Positions 10,393-19,172 of a stretch of 64,000 nt of DNA are shown one piece after another. Position 1 is the stretch's first letter, and every line of letters starts with the position of its first letter. The stretch is from Phycisphaerae bacterium (GTDB lineage Bacteria > Planctomycetota > Phycisphaerae > UBA1845 > Fen-1342), in contig JASFQK010000019.1 in NCBI GenBank assembly GCA_050115495.1, positions 32,001 to 96,000 on the forward strand. Reading direction: 5' to 3'. The translations under genes were made by a program, and so were the position numbers. The notes under the pieces were generated by a model. That model was not told where the DNA came from. It made no database searches and saw only the letters and a list, made by a program, of their open reading frames with translations.

Positions 10393-11739
10393 TCAGCCGT
10401 GCTGTCGCATCTGGCTGATGGCCATTTCCGCCAGGTTGACCAGCGGATAAGCGACCGGGGACGCCGTCAACGCCGGATGTGTGCCGATCTGGAACGTGGC
10501 GATGTCTTCCACGGTCATGCGCATCTGTACACAGGCGGAGGCGGCGTTGATCATCTCCCCGATGGCGGGATCGCCGCGCACCTGGGCGCCCAGAATCACG
10601 CCGGAGTTCCGCTCGAAGACGGCCTTCATCTTCACCTGCGTGGCGCCGGGCATGCCGCCGGGATGGCGGTTCGGGCCCTGGATGGTCGCCGTCACGACGT
10701 CGTAGCCGCGCTGGCGGGCCATGGCCTCGGTCAGGCCGGCGGTTCCCAGGGCCAAGTCGCCGACGCACGTCGACCATACGCCGACGGTCCCGTTGTTCTG
10801 CCGCTTGATCCCGAAGAGGTTCGCCCCGGCGATGCGGGCCTCCGTTTGCGCGATGGAGGCCAGCTTCAACGTCGAGTGCCGACCGCCGAAGAAGGAGATC
10901 TTCTCCGCGCAATCCCCGCAGGCGAACACGGCGGCGTCGGAGGTCATCATTGTCTGGTCCACGGCGATGCCCCCGGTCAGACCGATGCGCAGGCCGGCCT
11001 TCCGGGCCAGGTCGACGTTCGGCACGGCGCCGATGCCGACGATGACCGTGTCGGCCTCGATCCGCGATCCGTCGGACAGCAGCACGGCCTCGGCCCGGCC
11101 CTGCCCCTCGATCGACTCGACGCGGGCGGAGGTCCTGATGGCGATGCCGCGCTTCGTCAGCAGCTCCTCCATCTCGACGCAGAACTCGTCATCGTACGCC
11201 AAGCTGAGGCAATGGGGCATCATCTCCACGACCGTGATGCGGGCCTTACCCAGCTTGTGGATCTCATCGGCGAACTCGATGCCGATGAAGCCACCGCCGA
11301 TGATCACGACGTTCTCGGCCGTCTTCAGGCGGGTCAGCAGGCTCCCGAGGTACGCCATGTCCTTCTGAATGGCGAATACGCCGTCCTTCTCGAAGCCCGG
11401 TACGGGGGGCATCGCCGGCAACGACCCGCTGGCCAGGATCAAGCGCTCGTACCGCACGTCTCCCTCAGAGGTGTGCAGCGTCTTGTCCGCCACGTTGAGC
11501 TGCTCGACCTCGGCCAGGAGCAGGTCGATGCGATTGGCCTGGTATGGGGCGTCGGGCATCACGTTCTTCGCCGGGTCTCCGAGCGTCCCGAATACGTAGG
11601 GAATCCCGCAGGGGACCGGTACCTGCTTCTCTCGCCGGATTACCAGCACGCGTTTGTCGGGGTGATGACGACGCGCCGTGACCGCCGCCGTCAGGCCAGC
11701 CGCACTGCCGCCGAGAACCACCACGTCTGTTTCTTTCAT
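10393..11739 (-). CDS. FAD-dependent NADH oxidase/CoA-disulfide reductase family oxidoreductase
   Basis: GGSAAG FAD motif, single redox Cys in VPCGIPY, ASGS, IIGGGFIGIE, FACGDC, C-terminal dimerisation domain (THPALT). Confidence 0.9.
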   Translation of the reverse strand: MKETDVVVLGGSAAGLTAAVTARRHHPDKRVLVIRREKQVPVPCGIPYVFGTLGDPAKNVMPDAPYQANRIDLLLAEVEQLNVADKTLHTSEGDVRYERLILASGSLPAMPPVPGFEKDGVFAIQKDMAYLGSLLTRLKTAENVVIIGGGFIGIEFADEIHKLGKARITVVEMMPHCLSLAYDDEFCVEMEELLTKRGIAIRTSARVESIEGQGRAEAVLLSDGSRIEADTVIVGIGAVPNVDLARKAGLRIGLTGGIAVDQTMMTSDAAVFACGDCAEKISFFGGRHSTLKLASIAQTEARIAGANLFGIKRQNNGTVGVWSTCVGDLALGTAGLTEAMARQRGYDVVTATIQGPNRHPGGMPGATQVKMKAVFERNSGVILGAQVRGDPAIGEMINAASACVQMRMTVEDIATFQIGTHPALTASPVAYPLVNLAEMAISQMRQHG

Positions 11740-12506
11740 CCGCCTTGCTCCATACGGGTCCAATCGGTGTGATCAATCCTCACGTTCGCGTGCGGCTCAT
11801 CGTTGCGCACACTTCCACCCCTAACGTTGACCGACGAATCGCCCGTCAACGCGGCGGCGCTGCCCGCGGTGTCCCTCAATGGACGGACACACGCGTGTTG
11901 CGCACGCGCTGCAGCGCTGCCTGGCCTCTCATACGCGACGACGACTCTCGCCCCGCCTAGCGCCAGCCGGCGCGCCCGGTCGACGAGGCAGGTGTTCCGT
12001 GAGTGGCTGTCGCCATTCGCGGGATTTCGCCTCGTACGCATCCGAGCACGCGCCACCTTAGCAGCGATGCCATGCCGCAGTCAAGGGCGCGGTTTCCCCT
12101 GATAGGGCGTGTTGCGACCACCGCCGCCGTTCTGTGGCGTGCACAACTGCCCGCGCGTGACCGTACGCGGCGACGATCGTATCGTGTCCCGGTTGCACCG
12201 AGCGCGGCCAGCGGTCGGGGATAAGAGCCGTCCAGCCGGTTGGACAGCGGTTGCGGGAGTTGTACAATGCTACAGTCGTTGTCACCGGGAGGGTTCGGGC
12301 CATGTCTCGGCGACGCCCCAACTTGATGACTTCGCGCGGTGCGCAGCACCATGACCAGCCACGCCGCGCCACGAGGGGCACCGGCGGAATCGGGGAAGTA
12401 CCAGTCCGGGTGTAGATCCGCACGCCGCAGCCGCGGCCTCGCCCTCCATGACGCAGTTTGCCGGCAATGCGAACACGGCCACACGCGCCGTGCGGAGGAT
12501 GCACGC

Positions 12507-14117
12507 ATGCCAGACGCAACGGAAGAGAAGAAACTGCTGACGGAGCCGATCGGGGTGGCCATGTCCGGTGGCGGATACCGGGCGGCCGCGTTTCACTTGG
12601 GCACGCTGTCGTACTTGCACGATCTGCGCGACGCCGACCTGCTGCCCCCCGTCGCCATGATCTCGACCGTCTCGGGCGGAACGTTCACCGGCGTGCGCTA
12701 CGCCCTGGCCCTGGCGAAAAGCGAGCCGTTCCCGGCGTTCTTCACCAGCTTCTACACGTACCTCCAGGGGTCGAACCTGTTCAGGAAAGCCATGGACCGG
12801 CTGAGTCGCGGAGACCTCGGCCCGGGCGAGAAGCGCCGCGACATCATCGTTGCCCTGGCCGAAGTCTATTCGACCGACTTCCTCGCCGACGAGCACGGAC
12901 AGCCGTACCAGTTCGAGAAGATCCAGACCGCCCAGACCGCGTTGCGGGCGGCGATCTTCAATGCGACCGAGTTCCGCCAGGGCGGCGCGTTCCGTTTCCA
13001 GAGCGCGCCCGGAACACAGGCCCGCATCGGCAACCGCTACGTCAACATTCCGAAGGATGAGGCGGGCCACATTCGCCTGGGCGACATCGTGGCCGCCTCA
13101 TCGTGCTTCCCCGGCGGGTTCGAGCCAATCGCCTTTCCGGATGACTTCGGCTGGCCCGAAGGGAAGATTCCGCCCGCCGTGCGCCAGCGTTTCCCGAAAC
13201 CCGTCGCGCTGATGGATGGCGGCATCTACGACAACCAGGGCATCGAGAGTCTCCTGTACGCCGACGACCGTGACCCCGCGGATCTCGGTCTGTTCATCAT
13301 CTCCGACGTGGATCGGCAACCGGAGGACATCTACCCGATGCCACCCGACGTGCAGCTCGGCAAGCTGGGGGACACGCCCCTCGGTAGGCTCCACCGGCTG
13401 GCGTGGGTCTGGATGCTCGCCTGCCTGATAACGGCGTGCGTCGTGGGCGTGCAGTTGGCAACAGCCGAGCACTTCACCGTCTGGAACTACTTCTCGCACG
13501 TGGTGCCGCTGATCCTCGCCCTCGCCACCGCGGGGCTGCTCATCGCCGGTCTGTGGGTCTCCCGCCGGATCGGCGAGCGGATGCGGACGAGCGTCAAGCT
13601 GGAGTGGCGTGATTTCCGAAAGATCACGCTGGGCCAGGCCGTCACGATGCTCTACCTCCGCGGCACGTCGCTCCTGGCCATGGCCCAGGCCGTGTTCATG
13701 CACCGCATCCGTCAACTCGTCTACGGGCTCGTGTACAAGGACGATCGCTACAAGGACAAGCGCGTGTCCTGCCTGGTGTACGGCTTGCAGAAGCCGGCGA
13801 AAGAGCTGGCGGGCCTGGTGCCGCCGCCGTCGGAGAAGCTCGGCCGGGTCGTCAAAGCGGCGGTTGAGATGCCGACGACGTTGTGGTTCTGCGATCCGCA
13901 TGAGCTGCCGTGCCTGGTCGCCTGCGGGCAAGCTACGTTGTGCTACAACCTGATGAAGTGGGTCGTGCGGCAATATGGCGGCGACCCGGCGGCGCTCGCC
14001 GATCCGCCGGTCGGACCGCTGTTGGAGCGACTGAAGACGGACTGGCAGGCGCTGAACGCCGACCCGTACGCCCTGCTCCGCCGGCAGATGCCCGACGCCA
14101 CGCTGGCGGAGCCTTAA
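12507..14117 (+). CDS. Patatin-like phospholipase with two internal TM helices
   Basis: SGGGYRAA oxyanion loop, STVSGG nucleophile motif, ASSCFPGGF, DGGIYDNQG; start MPDATEEK. Confidence 0.85.
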   Translation: MPDATEEKKLLTEPIGVAMSGGGYRAAAFHLGTLSYLHDLRDADLLPPVAMISTVSGGTFTGVRYALALAKSEPFPAFFTSFYTYLQGSNLFRKAMDRLSRGDLGPGEKRRDIIVALAEVYSTDFLADEHGQPYQFEKIQTAQTALRAAIFNATEFRQGGAFRFQSAPGTQARIGNRYVNIPKDEAGHIRLGDIVAASSCFPGGFEPIAFPDDFGWPEGKIPPAVRQRFPKPVALMDGGIYDNQGIESLLYADDRDPADLGLFIISDVDRQPEDIYPMPPDVQLGKLGDTPLGRLHRLAWVWMLACLITACVVGVQLATAEHFTVWNYFSHVVPLILALATAGLLIAGLWVSRRIGERMRTSVKLEWRDFRKITLGQAVTMLYLRGTSLLAMAQAVFMHRIRQLVYGLVYKDDRYKDKRVSCLVYGLQKPAKELAGLVPPPSEKLGRVVKAAVEMPTTLWFCDPHELPCLVACGQATLCYNLMKWVVRQYGGDPAALADPPVGPLLERLKTDWQALNADPYALLRRQMPDATLAEP

Positions 14118-14162
14118 GCCGCCCGTCCACTGGTAACCACACGCCGTGAAGGAGATATACGC

Positions 14163-14738
14163 ATGGCACTGGGGCTTTTCAGCGACATGATTGACGCTCT
14201 CGGCAACGTCGTGGGCAAGTTGAAGTCCATCGCCACGTTTCCGAAGGCACAGCGCGAGGCGATCCGCCAGCCGTTGGACGAGACCTGCCGTCTGATCGAT
14301 ACAACGCTCAACATGGTGATCATCCGGCTGGGCGACATCCTGCTGGAAAGCCAGGACGAAGTCCTGCTCAAGGAGGCCGCCCGGCTAGACAACTTCGAGG
14401 CGTGGATGAACGCCGAACGCGAGTTCCGGCTGTGCCGCAGCCTGCGTGTGGCGGAGCGTGAGATGACAACGCTGGCCGGCAAAGTCGGCGGCGCGATCAG
14501 CACGAAGGACTGGGAAGCGTTACTGGAGCACGTGCGGACCGTCCTCGCCGCCGAGGACCACGTCGCGGTGTTCATCTGCCGGCAGTTCGAGCGGTTGGCT
14601 GGTGACGCCGGTGACGCCAACCCGGGGACCCAGGCAGCGCGGGAGGTGCGCGACACGCTGACCGCGTTCCGCGCCGCCCTGGTCAGCGAGCGGCAAGCGC
14701 TCATCCAGCATGAACGGGCCCTCTACGACGTCATCTGA
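14163..14738 (+). CDS. Hypothetical, apparently all-helical protein
   Basis: 191 aa ORF with strong RBS (AAGGAG) and coding-like composition. Confidence 0.75.
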   Translation: MALGLFSDMIDALGNVVGKLKSIATFPKAQREAIRQPLDETCRLIDTTLNMVIIRLGDILLESQDEVLLKEAARLDNFEAWMNAEREFRLCRSLRVAEREMTTLAGKVGGAISTKDWEALLEHVRTVLAAEDHVAVFICRQFERLAGDAGDANPGTQAAREVRDTLTAFRAALVSERQALIQHERALYDVI

Positions 14739-14867
14739 CCGCCGGCTCGGCGGCCGATCATCCAGGGGGAGCGCGTGACCCGACCGGGCCCCCGCCCGCC
14801 AGCGGCCAGCCACGTCAGCAGTCCCCGAAAACCGCGCCGCCCCTGCACCGGCCGCCCGGGTCATCCG

Positions 14868-14873
14868 TATAAT
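14868..14873 (+). promoter_or_regulatory. Putative -10 box (TATAAT) upstream of the paralog/radical SAM operon
   Basis: Perfect TATAAT in GC-rich intergenic DNA 45 nt before the first paralog; no convincing -35. Confidence 0.4.
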
Positions 14874-14917
14874 GGGACATACCGGCTGAGGGGTCGTCGC
14901 TGCATACATACGGAGAC

Positions 14918-15841
14918 GTGCGGATGGCGAGCTTGGACTGCAAACGGTCGCTTAACGCCCGCCAGCCGGGGTACCCCACCAAACTCCAAGTGCTCGGCCG
15001 CCCCCAACTCCTGGCGAGGCACGTACCGCGGACATGGTTGTCTCGCCATGAGATCACGGCGGCGATGGGTCTGCTATTGGCCGGTAGCTCCGGCGGATGC
15101 CGGGATGGCGCGGGGCCGCCGACCGGAGATAATCCCGCCAAACAGCCGGCGGTCGCCTCGCCGATCTGGCCACACGGCGACGGCCTTGCGGAGCTGTACG
15201 CCGGCTGGCTCGGCGCTCCCCCCATCGCGGTGTACCTGACCGAGGATCAGAGCCTGGAGATCATCCGCGAGGAACTGGCCCGCGGCGGAGTACATCTGGC
15301 GCCGCCGGGAACCTCGCCGCCCACGATTCACGTTCCCTATGTTCGCTGGACGACCGAGCACGAGTGGGTGTCCGAGGACTTCAGATGCGTACCGGCCGAG
15401 GCGCGCTTGCCCTTTGCGCTGGATCTGGCCAGCGAGCAACCGGCGATCTACGTGGAATACATCTCCCAGGAGGACTACCTGCCACAAAACGAGAACGCGG
15501 CGTTAGGGTATGTTGGGCAGGATCTCCAAGGCTTCGCCGGGATCGTGGCTCGCGAGGTCGAACGCCAGTGTAGCGGCGCGTACTGCGGCGTCTTCTACGA
15601 CCCGGTGATCTATCGCGACGACCGCTTCTTCTCCGGTCGCGAGCCGCCGGAGGAGCTTCTCCAGGCGATGAAGGAAGCTCAGACGGAGGCGCAGCGCGAG
15701 GAAGTCTACGAGATGGCCTGCGAGTATACCGACCGTGCCAACAAAGCCGACGAAGAGCGTGCCCGTGGCGAGTCCGCGGAGCTCCTCCGTCAACAAGTCC
15801 GTGACTTCGTCGAGTGGCTCAAGGGGCAGGGGGTGATCTAG
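14918..15841 (+). CDS. Paralog 1 of tandem lipoprotein-like family (QVRDFxEWL-GQGVI C-terminus)
   Basis: PGYPTKLQV leader, LLAGSSGGC, HGDG..YLTED, GVFYDP, LLRQQVRDFVEWLKGQGVI*. Confidence 0.85.
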   Translation: MRMASLDCKRSLNARQPGYPTKLQVLGRPQLLARHVPRTWLSRHEITAAMGLLLAGSSGGCRDGAGPPTGDNPAKQPAVASPIWPHGDGLAELYAGWLGAPPIAVYLTEDQSLEIIREELARGGVHLAPPGTSPPTIHVPYVRWTTEHEWVSEDFRCVPAEARLPFALDLASEQPAIYVEYISQEDYLPQNENAALGYVGQDLQGFAGIVAREVERQCSGAYCGVFYDPVIYRDDRFFSGREPPEELLQAMKEAQTEAQREEVYEMACEYTDRANKADEERARGESAELLRQQVRDFVEWLKGQGVI

Positions 15842-16617
15842 TGGCGTGCACGCTTCCATGTCGGCCACAACAGCGTGCGGCGCCGTGGGCGCGGAAGGTG
15901 ATCGGTGCGCTCCTGGCGGCGGCGAGCGTCGCTCTGGTCGCCGGTTGCGGGGATTCGGACTCGGCGACGCACAAGGCAGCAGTGGTGGCCCCGGTTTTCA
16001 AGCATGGGGAGGGCTTGGACGTTTGCCGCTGCTCACCTTTCACTGCGTCCATCGTCCTCTCCGAGGACGATGCCCTTCTCATCATCGCCGAAGAACTGCG
16101 GCTGCACGGCGTCGCGCTGTCCAAGCGCAGCGTCGAGATGCCGTCCGTCATTGTGTCGCGGCGCGAGCGTCGACCAGGATACGAGTGGACGTCCGGCCGT
16201 GCAAGCGGCCACTTCGTCCGCTTCGACGCACCCCTGGAATTCGATGGCGTAGACGCTGAGCGGCGTGTGGCAGTTGAGTTCGTCTCCTGTGGCGACTACG
16301 ACGGTCTAGCCGGCCCCTGGTTCAACGAAGACCCCTATGTCTGGACCGGGCCGGGCGAACTGCAGCGGGCCGCCGGCTACGTCGCGGACTGCGTGCGCGG
16401 GCAACCGGAGACCGTCTACTTCGGCGTGTTCTACGACCCGCTGGAGTGCCCGCTGGACTATGACGAGTTCTCGCGCCGCCACGGTACCGCCGGCCCCGGC
16501 CGCCCCGAGCCGTCGTGGGACGAGGTCGAACAGGAAGCCAGGGAACGGTCTGTGGAGCTCCTGCGCCAGCAGGTACGCGACTTCGTCGAGTGGCTCCAGG
16601 GTCAGGGGGTGATCTAG
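15841..16617 (+). CDS. Paralog 2 of tandem lipoprotein-like family
   Basis: GTG start overlaps previous TAG; LVAGC lipobox; HGEG..LSED; YFGVFYDP; LLRQQVRDFVEWLQGQGVI*. Confidence 0.85.
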   Translation: MACTLPCRPQQRAAPWARKVIGALLAAASVALVAGCGDSDSATHKAAVVAPVFKHGEGLDVCRCSPFTASIVLSEDDALLIIAEELRLHGVALSKRSVEMPSVIVSRRERRPGYEWTSGRASGHFVRFDAPLEFDGVDAERRVAVEFVSCGDYDGLAGPWFNEDPYVWTGPGELQRAAGYVADCVRGQPETVYFGVFYDPLECPLDYDEFSRRHGTAGPGRPEPSWDEVEQEARERSVELLRQQVRDFVEWLQGQGVI

Positions 16618-17411
16618 TGGCTTATGCCCTTTCATGCCGGCCGCAACGATACGCGGCGCCGTGGGTGCGGAAGATGATCGGTGCGCTCCTGGCGGCGGCG
16701 AGCGCCGCTCTGGTCGCCGGTTGCGGCGATTCGGGCTCGGCGACGCGTGCCGCGACGCAGCCGGCGACGAACCACGCGGCGGTGGTGGCTCCGCTGTTCG
16801 AGCATGGCGAAGGTCGCACCATCGACCTATCGGCCCCCCTATCAGAAGATGAGGCCTTCCAAATCATCAGCGAGGAGTTGCGGCAGCACGGTGTCTTCCT
16901 CACTGCGCGTAACATCGAGTTGCCGTCGATCCTCGTGGAGCGGCGTGAGTACCAGGAGAAGTATGACTGGATCTCCGGGCTGTCCTCGACCGGGTACGTG
17001 TATTTCAACACGCCTTTGAGCGCCGATGGAATGGACCCGAATCGACGGGTGGCGGTCGAGTTCGCATCGGCCGACGATGTCTATGGACTTGCCGGTCCCT
17101 GGCGGCAGCAGATGGCGCGGTCCTCGGTGATCAGGTACGAACTGAAGCCAGTCGCCCGCTACGTGGCAGATCACGCCCGCGGGCGGCCGGCGGGGGTCTA
17201 CTTCGGCGTGTTCTACGACCCGTTGGAGGGCCACTTCGACTACGACGAGTTCGATCGACGCTGCAAGGCAATCGGCGCCCTGCCCTCCAGCATGCAGGCG
17301 ATGCAGATCCAGATGATGTTGGAGCGCGAAGTCAAGAACCGATCTGTGCCTTTCCTCCGTCAGCAGGTTCGCGATTTCGTTGAATGGCTCAAGGGCCAGG
17401 GGGTGATCTGA
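16617..17411 (+). CDS. Paralog 3 of tandem lipoprotein-like family
   Basis: GTG start overlaps previous TAG; LVAGC lipobox; HGEG..LSED; FLRQQVRDFVEWLKGQGVI*. Confidence 0.85.
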   Translation: MAYALSCRPQRYAAPWVRKMIGALLAAASAALVAGCGDSGSATRAATQPATNHAAVVAPLFEHGEGRTIDLSAPLSEDEAFQIISEELRQHGVFLTARNIELPSILVERREYQEKYDWISGLSSTGYVYFNTPLSADGMDPNRRVAVEFASADDVYGLAGPWRQQMARSSVIRYELKPVARYVADHARGRPAGVYFGVFYDPLEGHFDYDEFDRRCKAIGALPSSMQAMQIQMMLEREVKNRSVPFLRQQVRDFVEWLKGQGVI

Positions 17412-18289
17412 TGACCGACCGCGCCCGGTGCCGGCTGCGGCGATGTGCCAGGCCGCCGGCGTATCCCACGAAGCTCGAAGTTCTGGCATTGCCGAGGCTG
17501 CTCAAAGCGCACCAGCCGCCGGCGTGGATGGCGAATGGTACGATTCTGGCGGCCACGAGCGCCTTTCTGGCGGCCAATGTCGCCGGCTGTCACAGTCCGG
17601 CGCCGACATCCGGAACGCAACCACCGCCACCGAGCAAGGCCCCCGCTATCGTCGCTCCGCTCTTCGAGCACGGCGACGGCCGCGGCTCCGCCGGCTGCGT
17701 CGCGGTCAGCCCGCCGGTGTTCCTTTCCGAGGAAGAGGCGCTCCAAATCATCGTCGAGGAGCTTCAGCCGCACGGGATTGAGCTGTCGGGCCACGACGTC
17801 GAGTTGCCGTCCGTCATCGTGAAGCACAAGGAGTTTCGGCAGGAACAGGATGGCCGGCGCCAGGGTGGCCGATGGGTGCAGTTCGAGGCTCCCTTGCATG
17901 CCGACGGCGTGGATTCCGAGCACCACATCGCCGTCGAGTTCGCCTCCCGGGACGACTTCGACGACCTAGCGGGCCCGTGGTACGCGGAGGGCGTGTACTG
18001 CACGGCGACGTTCTTCGACATGAGGGAGGTCGCCGGCTATGTAGCAGATCAGGCGCGCGGGCGGCCGGAGGGCGTGTACTTCGGCGTGTTCTACGACCCG
18101 CTGGAGGGACGACTGGACTTCGCCGAGTTCCGCCGGCGTTCGCTCGCTGCTAACGGCACGTTGGACCGGCAGCGACATCGGCAGGTCCATGAAGAACTGA
18201 GCGAACAAGGCAAGAACAAGTCCGCGGAACTCCTTCGCCAGCAGGTTCGGGACTTCGTCGAATGGCTCAAGGGACAGGGGGTGATCTGA
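17411..18289 (+). CDS. Paralog 4 of tandem lipoprotein-like family
   Basis: ATG overlaps previous TGA; PAYPTKLEV leader; NVAGC lipobox; HGDGRGSAGCVAVSPPVFLSEE; same C-terminus. Confidence 0.9.
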   Translation: MTDRARCRLRRCARPPAYPTKLEVLALPRLLKAHQPPAWMANGTILAATSAFLAANVAGCHSPAPTSGTQPPPPSKAPAIVAPLFEHGDGRGSAGCVAVSPPVFLSEEEALQIIVEELQPHGIELSGHDVELPSVIVKHKEFRQEQDGRRQGGRWVQFEAPLHADGVDSEHHIAVEFASRDDFDDLAGPWYAEGVYCTATFFDMREVAGYVADQARGRPEGVYFGVFYDPLEGRLDFAEFRRRSLAANGTLDRQRHRQVHEELSEQGKNKSAELLRQQVRDFVEWLKGQGVI

Positions 18290-18291
18290 TT

Positions 18292-19170
18292 GTGGCGAGG
18301 CTGGGGGTGAGACCGATTCGACGTTCGTCGTGGCCGGCGTATCCGACGGCGCTGCAGGTCAGGGCCCGGCCCGGCCTGCGGCGGCGGCACCAGCCGGCGG
18401 CGGGGCGGGCGAATCGCGAACTGGCCGTGGCCGCCGGCCTGCTCGCTTCGGCCCAACTCGCCGGCTGCGACCGGTCGGCGGCGACCCCACGCTCCGCCAC
18501 GCTCGGTCCCGAAGCGCCCGCCGTGGTCGCTCCGCTCTTCCTCCATGGCAAGGGCCGCGGGGCGGAGGGCTGCGTCGTCATGACGCCGCCGACCTTCCTG
18601 TCCGAAGAAGAGGCGCGACAGATCATTAGTGAAGAGCTGGCCCGTAGCGGCATAGAAGCCACGCAAGAGGATGTCGAATTCGCGGAGGTTCGCGTGCCGC
18701 GGCGGTACATCCGGTACTCGTGTGATGAGGACCGGAGCAACCTGCAGAGAAACATCGTTGAGAGCGTCGAGGAAGCTCAAGTCCTCTCCGTGGACTTCGT
18801 GGACGTAGAGCATCAAGTCGCAGTTGAGTTCGTTTCCTTCGACGATTTCCACGGCGTCGGCGGTCCCATCGACGGCTCGACGCTCGTTGTATACGACTTG
18901 AGAGAAACGGCGTCCTACCTGCGCTCGCAGGTGGAGAGTACCACCACCGGTACCTACATCGGCATCTTCTACGATCCGGCGACAGACCCGAGCCAGTTTA
19001 CCAGGTGGGCCGAACTCGACGGTCCACCCAGCGTAACCACTGCCCTCAAACGGACCTTCCAGAGACACGACGACGAGCGCGAGCAACTGGCGGCAGAAGA
19101 GGCCGAGCGGCTTCTCCGCCAGCAGGTTCGGGATTTCATCGAATGGCTCAAGGGCCAGGGGGTGATTTGA
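18292..19170 (+). CDS. Paralog 5 of tandem lipoprotein-like family
   Basis: GTG 2 nt after previous TGA; PAYPTALQV leader; QLAGC lipobox; HGKGRGAEGCVVMTPPTFLSEE; LLRQQVRDFIEWLKGQGVI*. Confidence 0.9.
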   Translation: MARLGVRPIRRSSWPAYPTALQVRARPGLRRRHQPAAGRANRELAVAAGLLASAQLAGCDRSAATPRSATLGPEAPAVVAPLFLHGKGRGAEGCVVMTPPTFLSEEEARQIISEELARSGIEATQEDVEFAEVRVPRRYIRYSCDEDRSNLQRNIVESVEEAQVLSVDFVDVEHQVAVEFVSFDDFHGVGGPIDGSTLVVYDLRETASYLRSQVESTTTGTYIGIFYDPATDPSQFTRWAELDGPPSVTTALKRTFQRHDDEREQLAAEEAERLLRQQVRDFIEWLKGQGVI

Positions 19171-19172
19171 AT

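Larger units (their letters stand above)
15782..19170 (+). repeat. Five dispersed ~60-nt direct repeats encoding the shared paralog C-terminus
   Basis: Copies at 15782-15841, 16558-16617, 17352-17411, 18230-18289 and 19111-19170, all ending CAGGGGGTGAT(C/T)-stop. Confidence 0.9.

Noticed and set aside
12507..14738. CBASS-type defence system around the patatin
   Set aside because: No CD-NTase or other CBASS component in the vicinity.
14918..19170. CRISPR array or diversity-generating retroelement explanation for the repeats
   Set aside because: The repeats are in-frame coding ends spaced ~780-880 nt apart with synonymous variation. No cas or reverse transcriptase gene, and no adenine-specific template/variable pair.
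15839..19172. Stop-codon readthrough (Sec/Pyl) fusing the paralogs into a polyprotein
   Set aside because: Each downstream gene is in a different frame and has its own start and signal peptide.
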